Source: a virus
Taxonomy: Duplodnaviria > Caudoviricetes
Virus record (IMG/VR): IMGVR_UViG_2595698524_000001
Location: 96,001 to 160,000 of that record
Length of the DNA stretch: 64,000 bases
Direction: 5' to 3' (one strand)
Made by a program: the position numbers and the translations under genes. Below, piece after piece: positions 42,348 through 55,000 of this stretch (the stretch's first letter is position 1; each line of letters begins with the position of its first letter). The notes below the pieces were generated by a model. That model was not told where the DNA came from. It saw nothing but the letters and a program-made list of their open reading frames with translations, and ran no database searches.

Positions 42348-45300
42348 TTACGCGCTCAGGGTGGAATCATGAATCATAACATCAAGGACAACCGCGGTAG
42401 TCGCATCGTAGTAGATGTCGATATACCGGCCTCCTGCGAAGCTACGTTCCTCCGTCCAGAACATCACTGGGGCTTTGGTAATGGCTGCAGACTGACGCAG
42501 GGCCAGCATGTAGTCTTTACCCGTAGGCACGGTCAACGTGTACAGGCCGATAGCAGCACTGCCCGGAATAGAAGCAGGGGAAGCCGGGTTGGGTAACTTA
42601 ATCGCACCTAATGACGTACTTGAGGTAGCGAGTTTCGTTGTCCCATCCTGCACTAATTCAAACGCCACATACGTCGGTGAATTACCTGGATTTTCTCTTA
42701 CGACAAGCGCCAACGAGTTGGCTTGATTCAGCAACGCCCCGGTCAGTGTAACCGTTTGCGTAGCTGATGCGTTGTACGTAGTAGTCCCCTGCAACACACC
42801 GTTCAGGTATACACTACAACCGTCGTCGCTATTCACATTCAACATTAAAGAGTTGCTTGTTGGTGTGAAAGTTGTTTTTACAGCGAACACCTCGCCCGCT
42901 GCCAACAACTGAGCATATGGGCGAATCGCTGGCGATGCTAACGGACTGCTATACGCGTTGGTCGTCTGCATTGCAGGTGGCCACAGCTTTTCAGCATTGT
43001 TAGCTAGCAACATCCACGACGCGGTTATCGCAGGCAGGCTCACACGAGTGATGTTATCGAAGTTACCGGCGAGCTGGTTCGCTGTTTCCAGCGCCGCAGC
43101 AGTGCCGTAAGTCTTCGACAAATCCGCCCCCGGACGGGTGATGTTCCAGAATCGTGCCGCGTTTTGAGATGTAGCCCCGTAGCCAAAACGACAAGTGCGG
43201 GCAAATGTCGGGGCTGCAGTGGCCAAGTCAATCTCAACGTATTTGTACGTTGCAGAGTTACGCACCTGGCTCATCGACAACGTTTTCTTCGCCGCCACGA
43301 TTTGTCGGATGTTCGTGTCACGATCACCGGTTGTTGGCAATTGTGCATGTTCAACCGCAATATACAGCATGTTACCGCGCCGTTCAGCGTAGACATGCGC
43401 ATACCACTTATTCCACCCCAGTAAATCGGTGGTCGAAGTGTCTAAGGTGGCGATCGCCCGAGAAGATGACTGTCGGTAGTTTTCCTTAACCTGTATCCGA
43501 GACTGTAAATCAAGGTGCCCCTCGATTGAGTTACCGATAGCTAAGCAAAGCGTTTGTTCGCGCCCTACCGACGAATCTTCCTTCTTCAACGCAGCCAGCA
43601 CAATCGCGATGGCATCATTATCAGTGTCGTTAGAAGTGATAACCGTGTTAAACGTGTAATCACCAACCAGTTCATCCGAAATAAACCCAACGAACGTCAC
43701 TGTGTTCAACGTACATTCAACCACATCATCCGCGTCGATATATTTCCATGCTACGAGTTCAGACTCGTTTGCAGGCTGGGCCGACGTCGAGTTGTTGTGA
43801 CTGAAACGGTACCAGCTGTTGTAGATATCCTGGAACGACGGGAATGAGAACGTGTCGATGGTACCCATGTTCTCCATGTTCGAGTAGATAGACTCGGTCA
43901 AGGTCCCGCCTGCCAGATATCCGTGCGCGTACGGGTTGTCCGCGTGCGCCAACAGAGAACCAACTCGACCCAAACGTTTCACACGGTTGATGTTGACTTC
44001 AACGATAGCGTTAGTCGACGTCACCACGTACCCGATATAGAGGCGCGTAGCAGTGTCGCTAAGCAACGTTTTGGAAACGCTGTACTCTGCCTTACCTTGT
44101 GCGTTTAACTGCACGTAGAAGTACAGTGTGGCGTTCTGGTAGTCGCTTGGGAACAACGCTTTGAAGTCAAATTGCGAGGCTGGCGTATTGTGCTCTTCCA
44201 TGTTCGCAAAGAACGGAATGTCCTGCGTAATGTAAAGAATCATCCCCTCGGCCAGCTGTGGTCCGAACAGGATCACGTTACGTGCACTGCCAGTGTTGTA
44301 ATTACGACTGTTGTTGCTAAATGCTTGACCGCCGTAATACATCCCACCAGACAAGAACGTACCAACCAGAATCTCGTTCGTTTCAGGCAGATGGACAACG
44401 TCGCTTTCGCCATAGGACGGGTTAACCATTTCTCGGTTAAACGTCCAGTTTGCCATGTTCGCATCGCATGTCAACGTGAAGGTCATGTGACCCCCGCCAC
44501 CGACAGTCGCACAATGACATTGCGCATGAGGACGGATAATCCATCCGTCACTGCGTTTAATTAAACGCAGCTGCCAGTAATCCCCTGCATTGCTGATACC
44601 CGTCCACGCGAAATCGATACGGTCTTCGTTACCAATGTGCACCGCGTTGCTGTAATCCAGCGCCAGTACGTTGTTAACGAAGGTCATTGGGATGCGGAAA
44701 TAGTAGACGTACGCATACGTGACACCGTCCGCTTCTTTCTGACCAAACATCGCCGTAGCGATACACATGTTTGTACCGCCCAAATCAAACAGGTTTAACC
44801 AGCTTGTTTTGAAGATACTCGCCGCTTGTCCCCACTTCGCCACACGGGTCGTCAGCATCGACTGGAAATCATTCCACATCGCAGCATTAACAGTCACTGT
44901 GTCGTTGTGCAGCACTGCAGAACCGTTAATGTTTTTGTAATTACTGCTCCCAGCGGAGTTAAAAGCGGCCCCGTTGAGGTAATTACTGTTGCCGTTGAAG
45001 ATGTAGGCACAGCGGGTTAACACGTTGTACGTTGACTCGTTAAACGCGGTACGGTCATTCGAAGGACCCCAACCACCATAGCCCGGGAAGTTGTAAGAGC
45101 CTGCGGTGTCGTAAGCTATCTGGGCGCAATCGCTGGTACCCAGACGGCGCATCAGCACCTTTTTAACCGTGTTACCCAGCTGCACTAAACCACGCATGCG
45201 ATGTTGGTACACTGAGCCGTACGCCCCGTTTACTGCCATCTGGACACCCATCCGCCCGGTCAGCGGATTATCCCAACGCAGCGCATCGTACAACGACTTG

Positions 45301-48050
45301 CCGTTAAGACTGATACGCACACACTGGTTGTCACTGTTACTGTTGTCGTTACCGATACAGTCAATGTAACCAGCGCGGGGTGCGGTGGAGATGATCATAT
45401 TCCCGTAGAGGAAACCGTCAGAGTTGTCGGTGTGGTAATTCCCACCATTATCGGTGACACCGTTCTCGTCGAGTTTCATCGGCAGGTAATCGTTATCCAG
45501 TACCGCAGTCTTCGCATCGAGGTCGATAACGAAAGAAATCTGCCAGCGGGTACCGAAAGCAGTTGCGGAGTTCGAAACGTGTGTACTACAGTTTCCACGC
45601 ACACGAATCTTACGACCATTACGTCCAAGCATCCAGTTGCGACGTGCAGAGTGCACCACGTTGCGCGCACCTGTCCACTTCGCAGCACCCGCATCGGTGA
45701 TGTAGTAGAGGCTGGTCGTGGCCGGGTCTTTCGTATTCAGCGCATAGGTCGCAAAACGACCCACGTTACCATCGGCGTGTTTACCGGTCAGTTTGACAGA
45801 CTGGAACTGTACGTCTGTCTTACTGAGATCGTCTTTGCTGATAGACCACAGGCACGTAAAGAACTCCGTGTTGGTCAACGTGCTCTTAATGACATAGATG
45901 TCGTTATCGATAACCATCAGATAATCATCACTCGGTGTCGGAGCGAAGTTATACTGATTGGTTGCCCGAGGGGTCGGGGAATATGTCACACGAACGATGT
46001 CGGTATGCTTCGCAGCATCCGCACTACCGTTAAACATCACCAGATAGTAACGGTCGTCTGTGCCTAAGAAGATAGCACAGTCGTCGCCACAAACCACCAC
46101 GCGTTTAAGCTCAATACCCGGATACTTCTTCGCCATCCCCGCAGGAACGTACTGTACTGCTGTGGCCACATAATTCGAGGATAGGTTATTGGAACCCGCT
46201 TCGAACTCACGGTACCAATAGAACACGCGCTGCGAATCAGCATAACCGTCCCAACCGTTACGCAGAATGTAGAGACGGTTGTCTTGTTCAATCTGCATCG
46301 CGTTAAAGTTAGCATCGATCACAGACGCTGTCCCTTCATACTGCCCCATTGTTGGGATAGGCAGGAACCCGGAATCACCGTAGTAGGTGCTGTTCGCCAC
46401 CCAGCTCGGTAGCAGGTTCAGTGCTTTGTCTTCCGCAGCATCGATATCCAGTTTTAACTGGTAACCGAGTTTGGAGACCGCCGCTTTATTAGTCGTGGCA
46501 TCCAGCACCGTATACAGATACGTTAAGCCGGAAACCGTCGGCGAGGCAGTGGGTACGTTTTGCAAATCACTGGCAGTATGCGTGTGAACCTTCAGCGCTT
46601 TGTTGGTCAGCGCATCACGGAACGGCTGATGTACAGGCTTATCGGCGGGGGCGGTGTTGTTGACTTTATCCAGACCGAAAGACGCTGCGGTCAAGTTAAT
46701 CGTCTGCGTTGCACCGAAAGACGCTCCGTTGATTTTGAACGTCTCATCAACGTAGTTATTCAGTTTCAGCAACAGGTTGTTCACCCCTTTCTGCGAGAGC
46801 GCATAATTCGGAGCAATAACCTCAACACTGTCCGTCAGACGGAACAGGCCCTCAGTCGTCAGGGTCGCTGCCGGAGGGTTAGCCGTCATGTTTAACGGAG
46901 AGGCCTGTGAACCGTTACCACCCATACGCACCGTGTCAGTCGACTTAAAGGTCGGCTGCGCGTTGGAGTTCAGAGGGGCATACAAGTACAACCCTACTGA
47001 GTCAGGAGTAATCAAGAACGCACCGTTATAAATCGGACGGACGTCTTTGGCACCGGTTGCATTACCTTTGGACGGAACGAACAGCTCATCGTAACCCGCA
47101 CGTGAGGAAACCCCAATACCGCGCTGGTTATTATCGCTGTCAGCAGCCAGTTCAATCACCGCTTCTGTTCCGGTCAGGAGAATCTTACCCGCACTAAAGC
47201 GCAGGGCGGATTTCCCGTCTTGGGTCGCGTACACCACTTCGTCATTGTTAATCGCTTTGAAACGACCGAACACCTGACCCATGGTGTCATCAATCAACGT
47301 ATCGACGATACGCTGAGAGATTTTATTCTCGACCATAATCGCTACTAACTGCGCCAGCGTCTTACTGAACGCTTTGATGGCATTCGTAGCAGCATCACCT
47401 ACACCTAACGCCCCAATTTGGGCAGGGGTGTATTTGTGCTGATGTGGCGTTTTGTGGTGCTGTAACAGTTTGTCTGCATACAGTTTGTTCGCTGCGCGAG
47501 AGAGCGCCTTAATAGCCGTATCGATTTCAGTATCAAGCTGGCCGGCTTTCTCTTCGAGCTTTAAACGGATGTTGTTGATGGCTGCCGCAACCTCATCACG
47601 CGCAATGGCCTCGTCGATATTCGTCGGCGGGTCAATAGGCTCGATGGGAATTTGGTAGCGCATCAATGCTGACCAATCGATGTTGCGTGGTTCGGTCAGG
47701 TCGGGGTTAACGAGGAACTTGCCGATATCCGATTCAGGAACGGAATAAGACGAGCCGAGCACCTGCAGCTTATAGGTAATCTCGGTTTTCGTCAGCAGCA
47801 TTATCCCGCCGAAAAGCTGGGCATTCGCGGCGTGTGCACCGGCAGAGTAATACAACGCGAGGTAATAGTCGATACCTTCAAATAACAGATTCCCCGCCGT
47901 ATCTTTAATCTCTAATCCGTTACGAAAGAAGGGTGCCTCGAAAGGCACCACTAAGTTGAAACGGTTAGGATAAGTCGACGTACTGAGGGAACCTTCCGCG
48001 ATGTTATCGGGGCTTGTACCCGTCAAATCTTCGGGATAATGTTTTCTCAT
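42348..48050 (-). CDS. large tail fibre / receptor-binding protein (1900 aa)
   Basis: Shared N-domain; H...PH..T..QIGA; GLDKVNNTA.ADKP and HTH fibre repeats; beta-rich middle; C-terminal NSDDG..VYLNG (PA14-like) domain. Confidence 0.85.
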   Translation of the reverse strand: MRKHYPEDLTGTSPDNIAEGSLSTSTYPNRFNLVVPFEAPFFRNGLEIKDTAGNLLFEGIDYYLALYYSAGAHAANAQLFGGIMLLTKTEITYKLQVLGSSYSVPESDIGKFLVNPDLTEPRNIDWSALMRYQIPIEPIDPPTNIDEAIARDEVAAAINNIRLKLEEKAGQLDTEIDTAIKALSRAANKLYADKLLQHHKTPHQHKYTPAQIGALGVGDAATNAIKAFSKTLAQLVAIMVENKISQRIVDTLIDDTMGQVFGRFKAINNDEVVYATQDGKSALRFSAGKILLTGTEAVIELAADSDNNQRGIGVSSRAGYDELFVPSKGNATGAKDVRPIYNGAFLITPDSVGLYLYAPLNSNAQPTFKSTDTVRMGGNGSQASPLNMTANPPAATLTTEGLFRLTDSVEVIAPNYALSQKGVNNLLLKLNNYVDETFKINGASFGATQTINLTAASFGLDKVNNTAPADKPVHQPFRDALTNKALKVHTHTASDLQNVPTASPTVSGLTYLYTVLDATTNKAAVSKLGYQLKLDIDAAEDKALNLLPSWVANSTYYGDSGFLPIPTMGQYEGTASVIDANFNAMQIEQDNRLYILRNGWDGYADSQRVFYWYREFEAGSNNLSSNYVATAVQYVPAGMAKKYPGIELKRVVVCGDDCAIFLGTDDRYYLVMFNGSADAAKHTDIVRVTYSPTPRATNQYNFAPTPSDDYLMVIDNDIYVIKSTLTNTEFFTCLWSISKDDLSKTDVQFQSVKLTGKHADGNVGRFATYALNTKDPATTSLYYITDAGAAKWTGARNVVHSARRNWMLGRNGRKIRVRGNCSTHVSNSATAFGTRWQISFVIDLDAKTAVLDNDYLPMKLDENGVTDNGGNYHTDNSDGFLYGNMIISTAPRAGYIDCIGNDNSNSDNQCVRISLNGKSLYDALRWDNPLTGRMGVQMAVNGAYGSVYQHRMRGLVQLGNTVKKVLMRRLGTSDCAQIAYDTAGSYNFPGYGGWGPSNDRTAFNESTYNVLTRCAYIFNGNSNYLNGAAFNSAGSSNYKNINGSAVLHNDTVTVNAAMWNDFQSMLTTRVAKWGQAASIFKTSWLNLFDLGGTNMCIATAMFGQKEADGVTYAYVYYFRIPMTFVNNVLALDYSNAVHIGNEDRIDFAWTGISNAGDYWQLRLIKRSDGWIIRPHAQCHCATVGGGGHMTFTLTCDANMANWTFNREMVNPSYGESDVVHLPETNEILVGTFLSGGMYYGGQAFSNNSRNYNTGSARNVILFGPQLAEGMILYITQDIPFFANMEEHNTPASQFDFKALFPSDYQNATLYFYVQLNAQGKAEYSVSKTLLSDTATRLYIGYVVTSTNAIVEVNINRVKRLGRVGSLLAHADNPYAHGYLAGGTLTESIYSNMENMGTIDTFSFPSFQDIYNSWYRFSHNNSTSAQPANESELVAWKYIDADDVVECTLNTVTFVGFISDELVGDYTFNTVITSNDTDNDAIAIVLAALKKEDSSVGREQTLCLAIGNSIEGHLDLQSRIQVKENYRQSSSRAIATLDTSTTDLLGWNKWYAHVYAERRGNMLYIAVEHAQLPTTGDRDTNIRQIVAAKKTLSMSQVRNSATYKYVEIDLATAAPTFARTCRFGYGATSQNAARFWNITRPGADLSKTYGTAAALETANQLAGNFDNITRVSLPAITASWMLLANNAEKLWPPAMQTTNAYSSPLASPAIRPYAQLLAAGEVFAVKTTFTPTSNSLMLNVNSDDGCSVYLNGVLQGTTTYNASATQTVTLTGALLNQANSLALVVRENPGNSPTYVAFELVQDGTTKLATSSTSLGAIKLPNPASPASIPGSAAIGLYTLTVPTGKDYMLALRQSAAITKAPVMFWTEERSFAGGRYIDIYYDATTAVVLDVMIHDSTLSA

Positions 48051-48054
48051 TTAC

Positions 48055-51000
48055 TTATTCCTTTTCGAGCGCCACCTGTTGAATAGCAAACTCCCAGTTG
48101 CGCTGGGTGAGGTTCCACGGGTTTTGCATGGCAATAGTCGGGATATCACCGTATTCGGTAACGAACCAATCGGTATTGTTCGTCACAAACGTTTTGGTGC
48201 TATTGTCGTTGTACGTGATGGTAAACCGCGCTTTGACAAACGGTGTCGGCGCATTCGCAGTCGGACGACAGATAATGCTGAACACCCCTTTAGTGTCGGC
48301 GTTAGCTACAATATTGGCATTTGCCGTAAGTGTACCTGCGTTCCCCACCAAATCCGCGGCGAATACGTTCGCACCGTCAATAAGAGCCCCAATCGAACCT
48401 TGACCGGAAATCGCGACCGCTACTGACTTCGCATTCGTCAACAGGTCAGGTTTGTATGCAACCATTACAAACCCGCGACGTGAGATATAACCCAGACTGT
48501 AGGAGGACAACGACGTATCTCCAACATTGAGCATCTCATAAGCGACTTGCGGTACACGACCCTGCGTTAACAGACGCGAGGACTTCGGCCACATCGCATG
48601 CGGGACGGCATACGTGGCGCACTCATGTACAATGCCGTTAGCCTGCTCAGTAGTGATGACCTGTGTCGCCAACTCCATCGCCGCAAAGTCATTTGCACCG
48701 TAGTGCGCAGCCTTACCACGATGTAGCCCGTTCTGTTTTGCAGCATAGGCCGCTAACTCCGAACCACGGATATAGGACTGAATCAGCCCCGTATGGTAGT
48801 TCAAACGGTTCAGGTACTGTGGTGCGATAGAATGGTCGAAGAGAGACCCCATCAGACGGTAACCGGTTTTCGCTGAAGATGAATAGCCCACGAATGGACC
48901 TTCAAAGAAGCGGGACAGGTCTTGCTCGAACACCAGTGAGCAGAAACGATGTACCTCAGTACGCGTCGCATCACCCACTGCACCAATCAAGATGTTCAGT
49001 CGCTTCTCTGCCGGAATATAGCGATAACGAATCGCCAGCACCCGCGGCTTCTTCACACTAACCCCGTTGACGTGAGGTGGGAAGTTAAAGCTTGCAGCCA
49101 CATCGGTCTGTTCCTCGCGGACAAACGAAATCAAGTTCGTCCGTGGGATATCGGTAAACGGTAACGCAACCGGTTGCGGTGTGACTTCATTAACGAACGC
49201 AATCGAGGCTTGTCCGTCTGCGGGAACATCAATCGCGTACAGAGACAACACTTCATGACGACCGTTAATCGCAGTAGCTACGAACTCCAACACGCCTGAC
49301 TCGTTCGCCATGAATGAACCATCGTAGGTGACACGATTATTCGCCTGAGGGTTTGCCATGTTCTTCCAGCGATACGGAGACTGACCATCAACCCCAACCC
49401 AAACCCGTAACGGGGCAGCGGCGGCCGCGCCTTCTGCAACAACCAGCGTTCCCTGTGTACGTAATGTCATCCCTGCTGCGTCCGAGAACATGGCCACATC
49501 TGGCGCAGACGTCACTGACTTATCAGCAACACCATACGCTTCTGTGTTCTCCAGTCCAATCACTTTAACGTTAGCCGGGCTGTACTCTGGGCTGTTGATG
49601 TCCACGGTGTCGTGAGCATCCGGGTCTTCCATGTGGGTCTGCAGCTCTTTGAACTGGCCAAAGTCGATAATCTGACCGAACTGGATTGGGCCTCCCGAAG
49701 TGATAACTCCAGCATCGTTAGTATCAACGTGGCCTAAGTAAATCATCTCGGTATTAACTGCCCCTCCCGGTAGTGGAGAGCCTAACGCTTGGAAGCGTCC
49801 GCGCAGCACGTTACCGTAGATAAAGAAGCGGTTATTCTGCGCAGGTAGGTATGCACCAATTTCACCTACTGGGGTATTCGCGCTAGAGTTATAGATTAAC
49901 GAACCGCCATCCTGCACGTCGAATGCAACTGACGCGGGTTTGCTCGTGTCTTCACACAACGCACTGACCGCAATGACGTGGGTACCCGGTTCTAACCAGA
50001 ATTCTACTTCTGGGTTGTCCTGAGCATCCGCCATTAAGTTCTCGTCAATCCAGATAGAGACCTTCCCACTGGAACGAGCACGTACCTTAATCGCTTCGTC
50101 CGCGAACTTCATACGGACTTTGGCAGCAACAATCAGACCCGCCGTGCCCACTTTACCTACAGCAGTAGAGACTGCCTTTGCCTGAGGTAACGGGTTAGTC
50201 GGTTGAGTGGTATGTACAAAGCCGAGTTTCCAGCTTTTCTCTACGCCACAACCGATAGCATACCACAGGTTGGCAGGGACTTGGGTCAAATCGACCGCAC
50301 CGTCAAAAGTCCCTTCTGCTGAGTCCAGTGCGCGGGCTACGAAATAACGATACGTGGTAGTCGGGTTCAGTGTCCAACCGCTGACGTTAAACGTAGTCGC
50401 TTCTACCGTGGTGAATTCCAGCGTATCGCGGAACATTACCCCGAAGAAACGTTTGTTCAACTCAAGCAGTCGGTCGTTCAGTCCTTTCAACACTGCAGGG
50501 GCAACAGCCTGACCATCTTTCACCTCACTGTACGTGGACGCAATCTGAACAGTACCATACGCTTGACGCGTGGCCTGTCCAATTCGCAGCATTGGCCAGT
50601 CGTGTTTGTGGTTCTTTGCCACCAACGCATCAGTACGGGTTTTCTGCGGCGTAGAGAGCGGCTTGTTCAAGTCAGCCGTGTTGTCGACGGAGGCCAGATC
50701 TAAATCTGACTTATCGAGAACAATCTCTGTGCCAGACATCGGGTTGTTGTTAATGAGCACGTTCTTAGGAACCATGTCATTAAAGCCGTCATTATACGGC
50801 TTACCCGAATCCGGCGTCGCGGCCACGCCGTCAGCAACAGCGCCTGTACCAGAAACCAGTTTAACTTTACCCGGCACGGTTTTGGTGGCTTTCGGGATAT
50901 TCAACGCGCCTTCTAACGGAGAAGATGGCGTACCCTTGCCTTTGAACGTGATGTTCGTTGACTGGGCATTAAGCTGGACGTTTTCCGGGTCGCCGTTAAC

Positions 51001-52077
51001 ATCTTCAGACTGGTACTGTTTAACCGTACGACCAGTCAGCAGCGCTACCCCGTTCAGGGTGAGCTTATCAACACCGAGACTGTTCCCGTTCGTCGTAACA
51101 CGCAAGGTGTTCGTACCACAGACATATTCAACGTATTTGCTTCCCGATAAGTCCGTACCGGCTGCCGCCACAATCCCGCCCTGTGTGATGAGCTGAATCT
51201 TCGCAGCAGACAGTATCAGCTTGGTGTTACCCGTACTGTCCGAGATTACCGTTGATCCGTTCGCAAACTGGAACGTGCCTTTGACGTTCTTAGACAGATA
51301 GCGATGGATATACAGTTGAATGTCATTATCCGACAGTCCCTGTGAACGGATGTTCTCGATGAGCTGACGCAAGGTCAGCCCGTAAGTCAGGAAAGTATCC
51401 GGCACTTCTAACCCGACAGGGTGCGCGTTCAGCTGAGCTGTCGTCACGTCGTGCGGGTCAGTGTCGGCGATGTGCCCCGGATAGTTAAAGGTTTCAATGT
51501 CGGTGAACAGCTGGTTAGATAACCGCGTCAGTTCTTCCAACTCACCTTTTAAATCCTGCATGTCATCTTCAACGGCAGCATTAACATCATCTACCGCAGA
51601 AGCAACGTACTGTTTGTTTTTCGCATCTGACCAACTGCTATAGCTGGGCTTTTGCGGGAACAGTGCAGGAACCCCGTTAAGCGAACGGTAATCCGCGCTA
51701 CGAGGGTTATTGATGTACTTGATGAGATAGTCAAGGATTTCTGTCAGTGGGTCGTAGAAGTCCCCACCGAGCAGATTTCCATTGAATACCAGATTGCCGC
51801 TGATTTCAGGATTAATGAACTGGACACCGCAGTAGACCGGCGGAGCATCTGCTGCCAAAGCAGCTTTCAACGCTGACAGCTCATAGACGTATTCAAAGTC
51901 CACCCCTTCTTCAAGGGGCGTGGTGCTATTCCCGTTGAAGATTTCTAAAGCCCCGAAGAACGGGGCGTGGCTTAACATGACAACGCGGTCGCTGTTGTCA
52001 TTAGACTCGAGAATACGCTCCTCAGTGAAGGCATTCGTTGCAGCCTTCCCTGTAGGGTCGTACGGATATCTAGTCAT
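48055..52077 (-). CDS. tail fibre protein (1340 aa)
   Basis: Shared N-domain; HIADTDPHDVT; VDNTADLNKPLS; AT...GKVKL repeats. Confidence 0.85.
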   Translation of the reverse strand: MTRYPYDPTGKAATNAFTEERILESNDNSDRVVMLSHAPFFGALEIFNGNSTTPLEEGVDFEYVYELSALKAALAADAPPVYCGVQFINPEISGNLVFNGNLLGGDFYDPLTEILDYLIKYINNPRSADYRSLNGVPALFPQKPSYSSWSDAKNKQYVASAVDDVNAAVEDDMQDLKGELEELTRLSNQLFTDIETFNYPGHIADTDPHDVTTAQLNAHPVGLEVPDTFLTYGLTLRQLIENIRSQGLSDNDIQLYIHRYLSKNVKGTFQFANGSTVISDSTGNTKLILSAAKIQLITQGGIVAAAGTDLSGSKYVEYVCGTNTLRVTTNGNSLGVDKLTLNGVALLTGRTVKQYQSEDVNGDPENVQLNAQSTNITFKGKGTPSSPLEGALNIPKATKTVPGKVKLVSGTGAVADGVAATPDSGKPYNDGFNDMVPKNVLINNNPMSGTEIVLDKSDLDLASVDNTADLNKPLSTPQKTRTDALVAKNHKHDWPMLRIGQATRQAYGTVQIASTYSEVKDGQAVAPAVLKGLNDRLLELNKRFFGVMFRDTLEFTTVEATTFNVSGWTLNPTTTYRYFVARALDSAEGTFDGAVDLTQVPANLWYAIGCGVEKSWKLGFVHTTQPTNPLPQAKAVSTAVGKVGTAGLIVAAKVRMKFADEAIKVRARSSGKVSIWIDENLMADAQDNPEVEFWLEPGTHVIAVSALCEDTSKPASVAFDVQDGGSLIYNSSANTPVGEIGAYLPAQNNRFFIYGNVLRGRFQALGSPLPGGAVNTEMIYLGHVDTNDAGVITSGGPIQFGQIIDFGQFKELQTHMEDPDAHDTVDINSPEYSPANVKVIGLENTEAYGVADKSVTSAPDVAMFSDAAGMTLRTQGTLVVAEGAAAAAPLRVWVGVDGQSPYRWKNMANPQANNRVTYDGSFMANESGVLEFVATAINGRHEVLSLYAIDVPADGQASIAFVNEVTPQPVALPFTDIPRTNLISFVREEQTDVAASFNFPPHVNGVSVKKPRVLAIRYRYIPAEKRLNILIGAVGDATRTEVHRFCSLVFEQDLSRFFEGPFVGYSSSAKTGYRLMGSLFDHSIAPQYLNRLNYHTGLIQSYIRGSELAAYAAKQNGLHRGKAAHYGANDFAAMELATQVITTEQANGIVHECATYAVPHAMWPKSSRLLTQGRVPQVAYEMLNVGDTSLSSYSLGYISRRGFVMVAYKPDLLTNAKSVAVAISGQGSIGALIDGANVFAADLVGNAGTLTANANIVANADTKGVFSIICRPTANAPTPFVKARFTITYNDNSTKTFVTNNTDWFVTEYGDIPTIAMQNPWNLTQRNWEFAIQQVALEKE

Positions 52078-52088
52078 TGCTGAATCCT

Positions 52089-55000
52089 TTATTTCGTCGA
52101 GCGCACCATCAGCATGGTGTACGCGGTATTAAGTGAGTAATAAGAACAGTTAATAGCGGAATACTTGATACCCCGCCCATCCAAAGTTGGAAGAACCGGT
52201 GTACCCACTTGTGCCTCAAGAGCTGACTGCGCAAGCGTAGCAGAGGTCAGTGTGCCTTTCGCCACACGAACCTTACCTAACGGCGAAACGTTGTCCACAA
52301 GACTTCCCAGCGTGCTGTACAGCTTAGTGTTGTCAACCGCAGGATGTAACTGGAACGTATAGGTGCTTTTCGACTTATACAGGCCCAATACACCTGTCAG
52401 CACACTACCGTGGAAGAAATCGGTAGCGATGCCTTTGGAGCGCAACAACGGCCCCAGCTGAGTCATTTTACTTTGACCGTTGCTGTTACTTGCAGTGACA
52501 GTTAACGCATCAAGGTCGATGACGAACGTATCCGAAATCGCATCCAAGCTACTGACCGCACCGAGCTGAACCGTGAACACATTACCCACACGAGTAATTG
52601 TTGCAGGTTTGACAACCAACTGAGAGAGCTTCTGGGTGGTTGAGCGACCAGTGACACCGGGAACAACAATCTGCGTACCTTTCCCCGCATCGATAACGAC
52701 GGCATGGATAACCGGCTGCCCAGAGTCGTTTGCCCAACCCCCAACGTCCGGGTTTGCAATGACCGAAAGGGTATGCTCCTCGGTCTTCACTTTCCGGTAA
52801 GCCAACAGCCAACCTAACCATCCGCCATTGTCGGCAGTGCTATCGGTGGAGATTGTACCACGCATGGTGTAATCGGCCTGCTTCTGGGAGTGGGCCAAAC
52901 CGATGACCGCGTTCTGCCCAGTACCGTAGCTGGCAAACATCAACTGCTGCCCGGTCTGTGTCCACGACGCATTACCGAAGATACCCTGCCAGTCACGAAT
53001 ACCGTTGGTGAACCCAACTTTATAGTTACTGATAGATGCAGGGATATTCCGAACGCTGGAAAGGCCCAGACTGTTTTTGTCTGCCACTTTCTCAATGTGC
53101 GCACTCGGGTTCTCTACGTGTTCTTCGAACTCGCGGAAATTACCCAGACGTGTGACGTTGTAGACGTTAGCACGGTAAATGGTGTCACCGTCCGTTGTCA
53201 CTTCGCCAATCTCGGTTAACGTGTCGTTCTCCTGACGGCGTGTCGCACTGATAGAGTGCACTGCCGTACCGGTTGAAGTCACATCAACGTAGAGATAGAA
53301 AGTTTTGTTTGTGTACGCCCCAGGGAACAGGTCAATCAGGTTGTACGACACTGCAGGTACAGCACGACGGTCACCGCAGTAGTAGAAGTTCGCAGGGATA
53401 GAGACCATGAAGTCTTCGAATTCCACGCCTTCGACAAACCCTGCGCCGGACGTGCCGTAACGTAGGATGTTGATTACGGCAGGTGTCATCGTATCCGAAG
53501 ATAACGTGTCGACTTGGTCCAAACGTGCTTTCTGCTCCAGCACCTCACGACCATCAAGAACAACGGTGTTGTCGTTCTCAATACCGCCGAGTTTAACCGT
53601 ACCTTTGACCGTGGTAGTTGCGGTAGTAATACCGAACATACTCGCCGGGTGGGTGTGGTTTGGATTGTCCTCGTAGTCGGCGATTAACGCTTCCATCGCA
53701 TCTGACATCGGCATCAGGATGTCCGAAATATCAACAACCTCAGACAGCCCGTACATTGACTTCGACAGCGTAATAGAACCGGCCAGTTTAATGCCGTTAA
53801 TGTTCGCTTTGTCTTTGAGAAGCTTACCTGTGAAGTTCGCAGCCAGCTTCGCAATCAACGCAGGTGTAGCCGCCAGCGCAGAGCTGGTTCCGAAGTCATC
53901 TGTCACCAGACGCATCGCTAACGTGTTGACATCCGCAGCGCTTGGCGCTTGCCAAGTCGCAACAAACGGGTTAGACCCGATACCTTTACCCGTTAAGGTA
54001 ATGGTTGCTGTGCTCACGCCCACGAAACCAAGTGCTGCAGCGCCCCCTTGAGGGATATACGGCCCGATGGTGTCGTGAGTGAGTAGTTTAGCATTGTTCC
54101 ACGTTAAACCGCGTGCGTCGTTATACAGACGCAACACGCCCGTACCGGATTTGATATCGATGTACTGCGCAGCCGTTACTGAGACGTTGTCGTTCCGTGC
54201 AATTAACCAAGACTGCAGCTTATCGAACTTCGCCAGAATACGAATGTTGTTTGCATCCGACCCTTGCGTGAACTGCGTTAAGCCTTCGACGCCAACGATA
54301 GTCCCTTTCAGTAAACGGCTAGAGACTTCACGACGCACTTTAGACAACAGGGAGTTCTGCGTCGGCGCTAAGCTGTTAACGTAGGTTGTCAGCTGTGGCA
54401 GCGTTCGTCCGTAAGCACGGACAGCGTCAGCAGAGATACCGTTACGAACCAGCGCACCAATCCAACCAGCTTCTTCGTCATGCGGGTTGTCTTTACGCAA
54501 AATGTGGTCGTGTGCAGGGGCTTGGTCGAAGCTTGCCCGCAGCAGGTTATACCACGTCTTTAGAAGACCCAATGTGTCTTCGGAAATATCCGCTTCGAAC
54601 CCGGGACAGTCGATGATCTGCATGTACCCGTTGAGTTTAACGCCAACCGAAGTGCGGATATCGGTGGCCCCTGCTAAGCGCGCAGCAATACCGTAATTGG
54701 TGTACACATTCAACAGAGAAGCAGGCGGGTTATTGTGGTTATACACAAGTTTACCGATGATGCCATCCGCATTACTAATGTACAACTCAAACCCGTTCTG
54801 CGCACGGTTGCGCGAGATACGCACTTTAAACGCTTTGGCAAACTTTGCTTTTGGGAAAGCAAAAGAGGCAATTTCCCACGATGTATACGCGCTATTCTCA
54901 CGACGGTTCAAAGTCACTTTGAACTTCTGAGTGGCATAATCGTAAATCAGGCGGCAATCAACGAAGTTAGAAGACCAACTGTTATTGAAGAAGATGCTGA